The position numbers were made by a program, and so were the translations under genes. Positions 62,344 to 64,000 of a DNA stretch of 64,000 bases are shown here, in pieces. The DNA comes from Moniliella sp. 'wahieum' (taxonomy: Eukaryota), in the NCBI GenBank assembly GCA_003971905.1, contig RSEE01000021.1, positions 434,001 to 498,000 on the forward strand, written 5' to 3'. Every line of letters starts with the position of its first letter. The first letter of the stretch is position 1. The notes beneath the pieces were generated by a model. It worked only from the letters and a program-made list of their open reading frames with translations. It was not told the origin of the DNA and did no database searches.

Positions 62344-63914
62344 TCAAGCCTTGGAAGAGAGTTTGCTCACCACTTGTACATCTTTGTGCCAAATAATACA
62401 TGGGGCGACCGTCTCGTCTTCTACAGTATCGGGGTAGAAGTGGAATGCAGCAATAGAACTCACAGCAGGAGCAAGGATAGACTGTAAGTGCTTGTTGGGT
62501 AGGAAAGATACCACCCTGAGGGGCGGAGTAGAACTTCCTGTGGGGGGCACTCCACCATGATCAAGTTGGAGGAGGAGGATCGGCATCGGCGCATTGAACG
62601 CATTTTGACTTGTGCGCTTGGAGAAGCCACTCAAACTGGCAAGAACTCCAATCTGCACTTCAAGCGGAGCAGTGGTGGCCTGGCTCCCTTGGCTAGCCGG
62701 AGGCGTCTCGGAAGCATGCGAGTCTGAATGGGGATACCGGGCCACCTCTGCCCCTCCGAAGCATCACGCGCCCACCACCCTCCACTCGTATCGGTAGTCT
62801 CGACACCAGCCCCAGCCCAGGCGGCACGATGTAAAGTCCCCTCGAGTTCACGAAGGATCTTGGGCCCCAACGGTCGTTTCTCTCTGCTTTGCACTGTACG
62901 ATCACCCGCATGTTCAAACCCGGAGCGTGTTGTCGCCACGCCTTCGCGGGGAGACCAACGAATTTTCCACCACCCCCGCAAGTCCGCACCTTGGTCGTTC
63001 CTCCCCCCCACGATAAAGGTCCATACCCAAGGAAGAGAGGTAGGCGAGCGTGCCAAACTCGAAACGTGTACCACGCGCCACAGTCGACTCCAGCCCGGTG
63101 TCGCACCCTTCACAGGCCCAGACGGTGCAAATGGAGGAGACATGACTGTCATATCAGGATCCTCGGCCCCTTGGGGTAACGAATTCAGCTGGCGCAACGC
63201 ATCCTTCTTGCTTGGCTTGGGCTGGGGAGGTGGATCCCCCAAGGTAAGGGTACCCTCGGCAACAGCCTTCTTGGGGCGCCCTCTGCGACGTGTCGTAACT
63301 GAACCGCTACAGGTAATGTCCCTGCGGGGGCGGCATCTTTCTCGGTCCCAGATATTGCACTTAGCGCCACGCTTTTTTTGGGTCTTCCTCTCGCCCGTTT
63401 CTGTACCAAGCCGTCTGAAGAGTAGGGCGGTGCAGGGACAGGGGCCTGGGCTGGCGTAGGAGCGTAGACCACACGTACAGTGGACAGCTGTGAAGATGGA
63501 AGAAAGGGGCGCAGAGACAGATTGGCATACGTCCTCATCCTCGTGGGCTTCCGCAGACCATGGGATATGGTGCATCGCAGGCATTGAGCCCACGCGGGAG
63601 GACGCATAGGAGGCGATGGTAAATTGGCACGAAGGATGCGCTGATGTCCATGTTGTGCTGCTGTATGCGTTTTTGCAAGTTGCATTTTTGGCTCGTGGGG
63701 ATCCTGGTCCTTTACACCTCTGCTGCATCTGCTGGCATTTTGAGTTACTGAGCTCGGATGAAGGTGAGCACCAAAGGTGTCTCCCCGGTCCACGCTGGAT
63801 AGAATGAACAGCACTATGGGCAAACAACGCTGTATGAGGGGGATCATAGCAATCGCATGATAGGAGAGGGCATGGAGTGCTCGCCTGGCGGAAGCCAGGC
63901 GCGTTTTGGAGCAC
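62344..63914 (-). CDS. Hypothetical protein with two AT-hook-like RGRPKK motifs; 5' end uncertain or outside the window
   Basis: Overlapping minus ORFs 62344-62745 and 62631-63914; RRRGRPKK (~63268-63290) and RARGRPKK (~63373-63396); globular-looking C-terminus ending KDVQVVSKLSSKA*. Confidence 0.55.
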
Positions 63915-64000
63915 GATCTAGGCGTGGGCAATAGACCGATGGAACTGGTGTGTGTGCGCCCCTCCAGGGGCAGAATAGACGCCGGGCGGAGAAGGACGCA

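Noticed and set aside
1..64000. The many long antisense and overlapping ORFs in the track (e.g. 4756-5655, 22694-23533, 58365-59063)
   Set aside because: They are shadows of real genes on the opposite strand in GC-rich DNA and have no recognisable motifs.

Overview
Gene-dense, GC-rich eukaryotic DNA from a fungus, most likely a basidiomycete. Support: short GT-AG introns with GTRAGT/GTACGT/GTGCGT donors and CTAAC/CTGAC branch points, a fungal CSL gene, an RTA1 gene, and an intron-containing tRNA-Asp. Almost every conserved gene is split over several frames by single-base indels, even essential ones (RPD3, VMA7, NDUFS4, CK2-beta). This points to an unpolished long-read assembly rather than pseudogenes, so CDS ends are approximate. 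Recognisable genes: CSL/LAG1 transcription factor, membrane-anchored GH5 exo-1,3-beta-glucanase, OSCA/TMEM63 channel, two-RRM SR-like protein, peptidase M50B-like protein, NAP/SET histone chaperone, tRNA-Asp(GTC), a FabD/MCT1-like protein, RPD3, VMA7, p24/emp24, sedolisin S53, CDC50/LEM3, CK2-beta, a fungal membrane protein, RTA1, NDUFS4 and an Aim18-like CHI-fold protein, plus several hypothetical genes. Three observations stand out. (1) An intergenic-only 7-bp repeat grammar, T(C/G/T)A plus a 4-bp palindrome, appears with 13 of the 16 possible palindromic cores. (2) A complete, very young 1.38-kb non-autonomous LTR element (TRIM-like) has a 5-bp target-site duplication and a duplicated polypurine tract. 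(3) The mitochondrial malonyl-CoA:ACP transacylase homologue has lost its catalytic Ser and His, so it is a probable pseudo-enzyme. All assignments come from motif recognition by eye; no searches were run.
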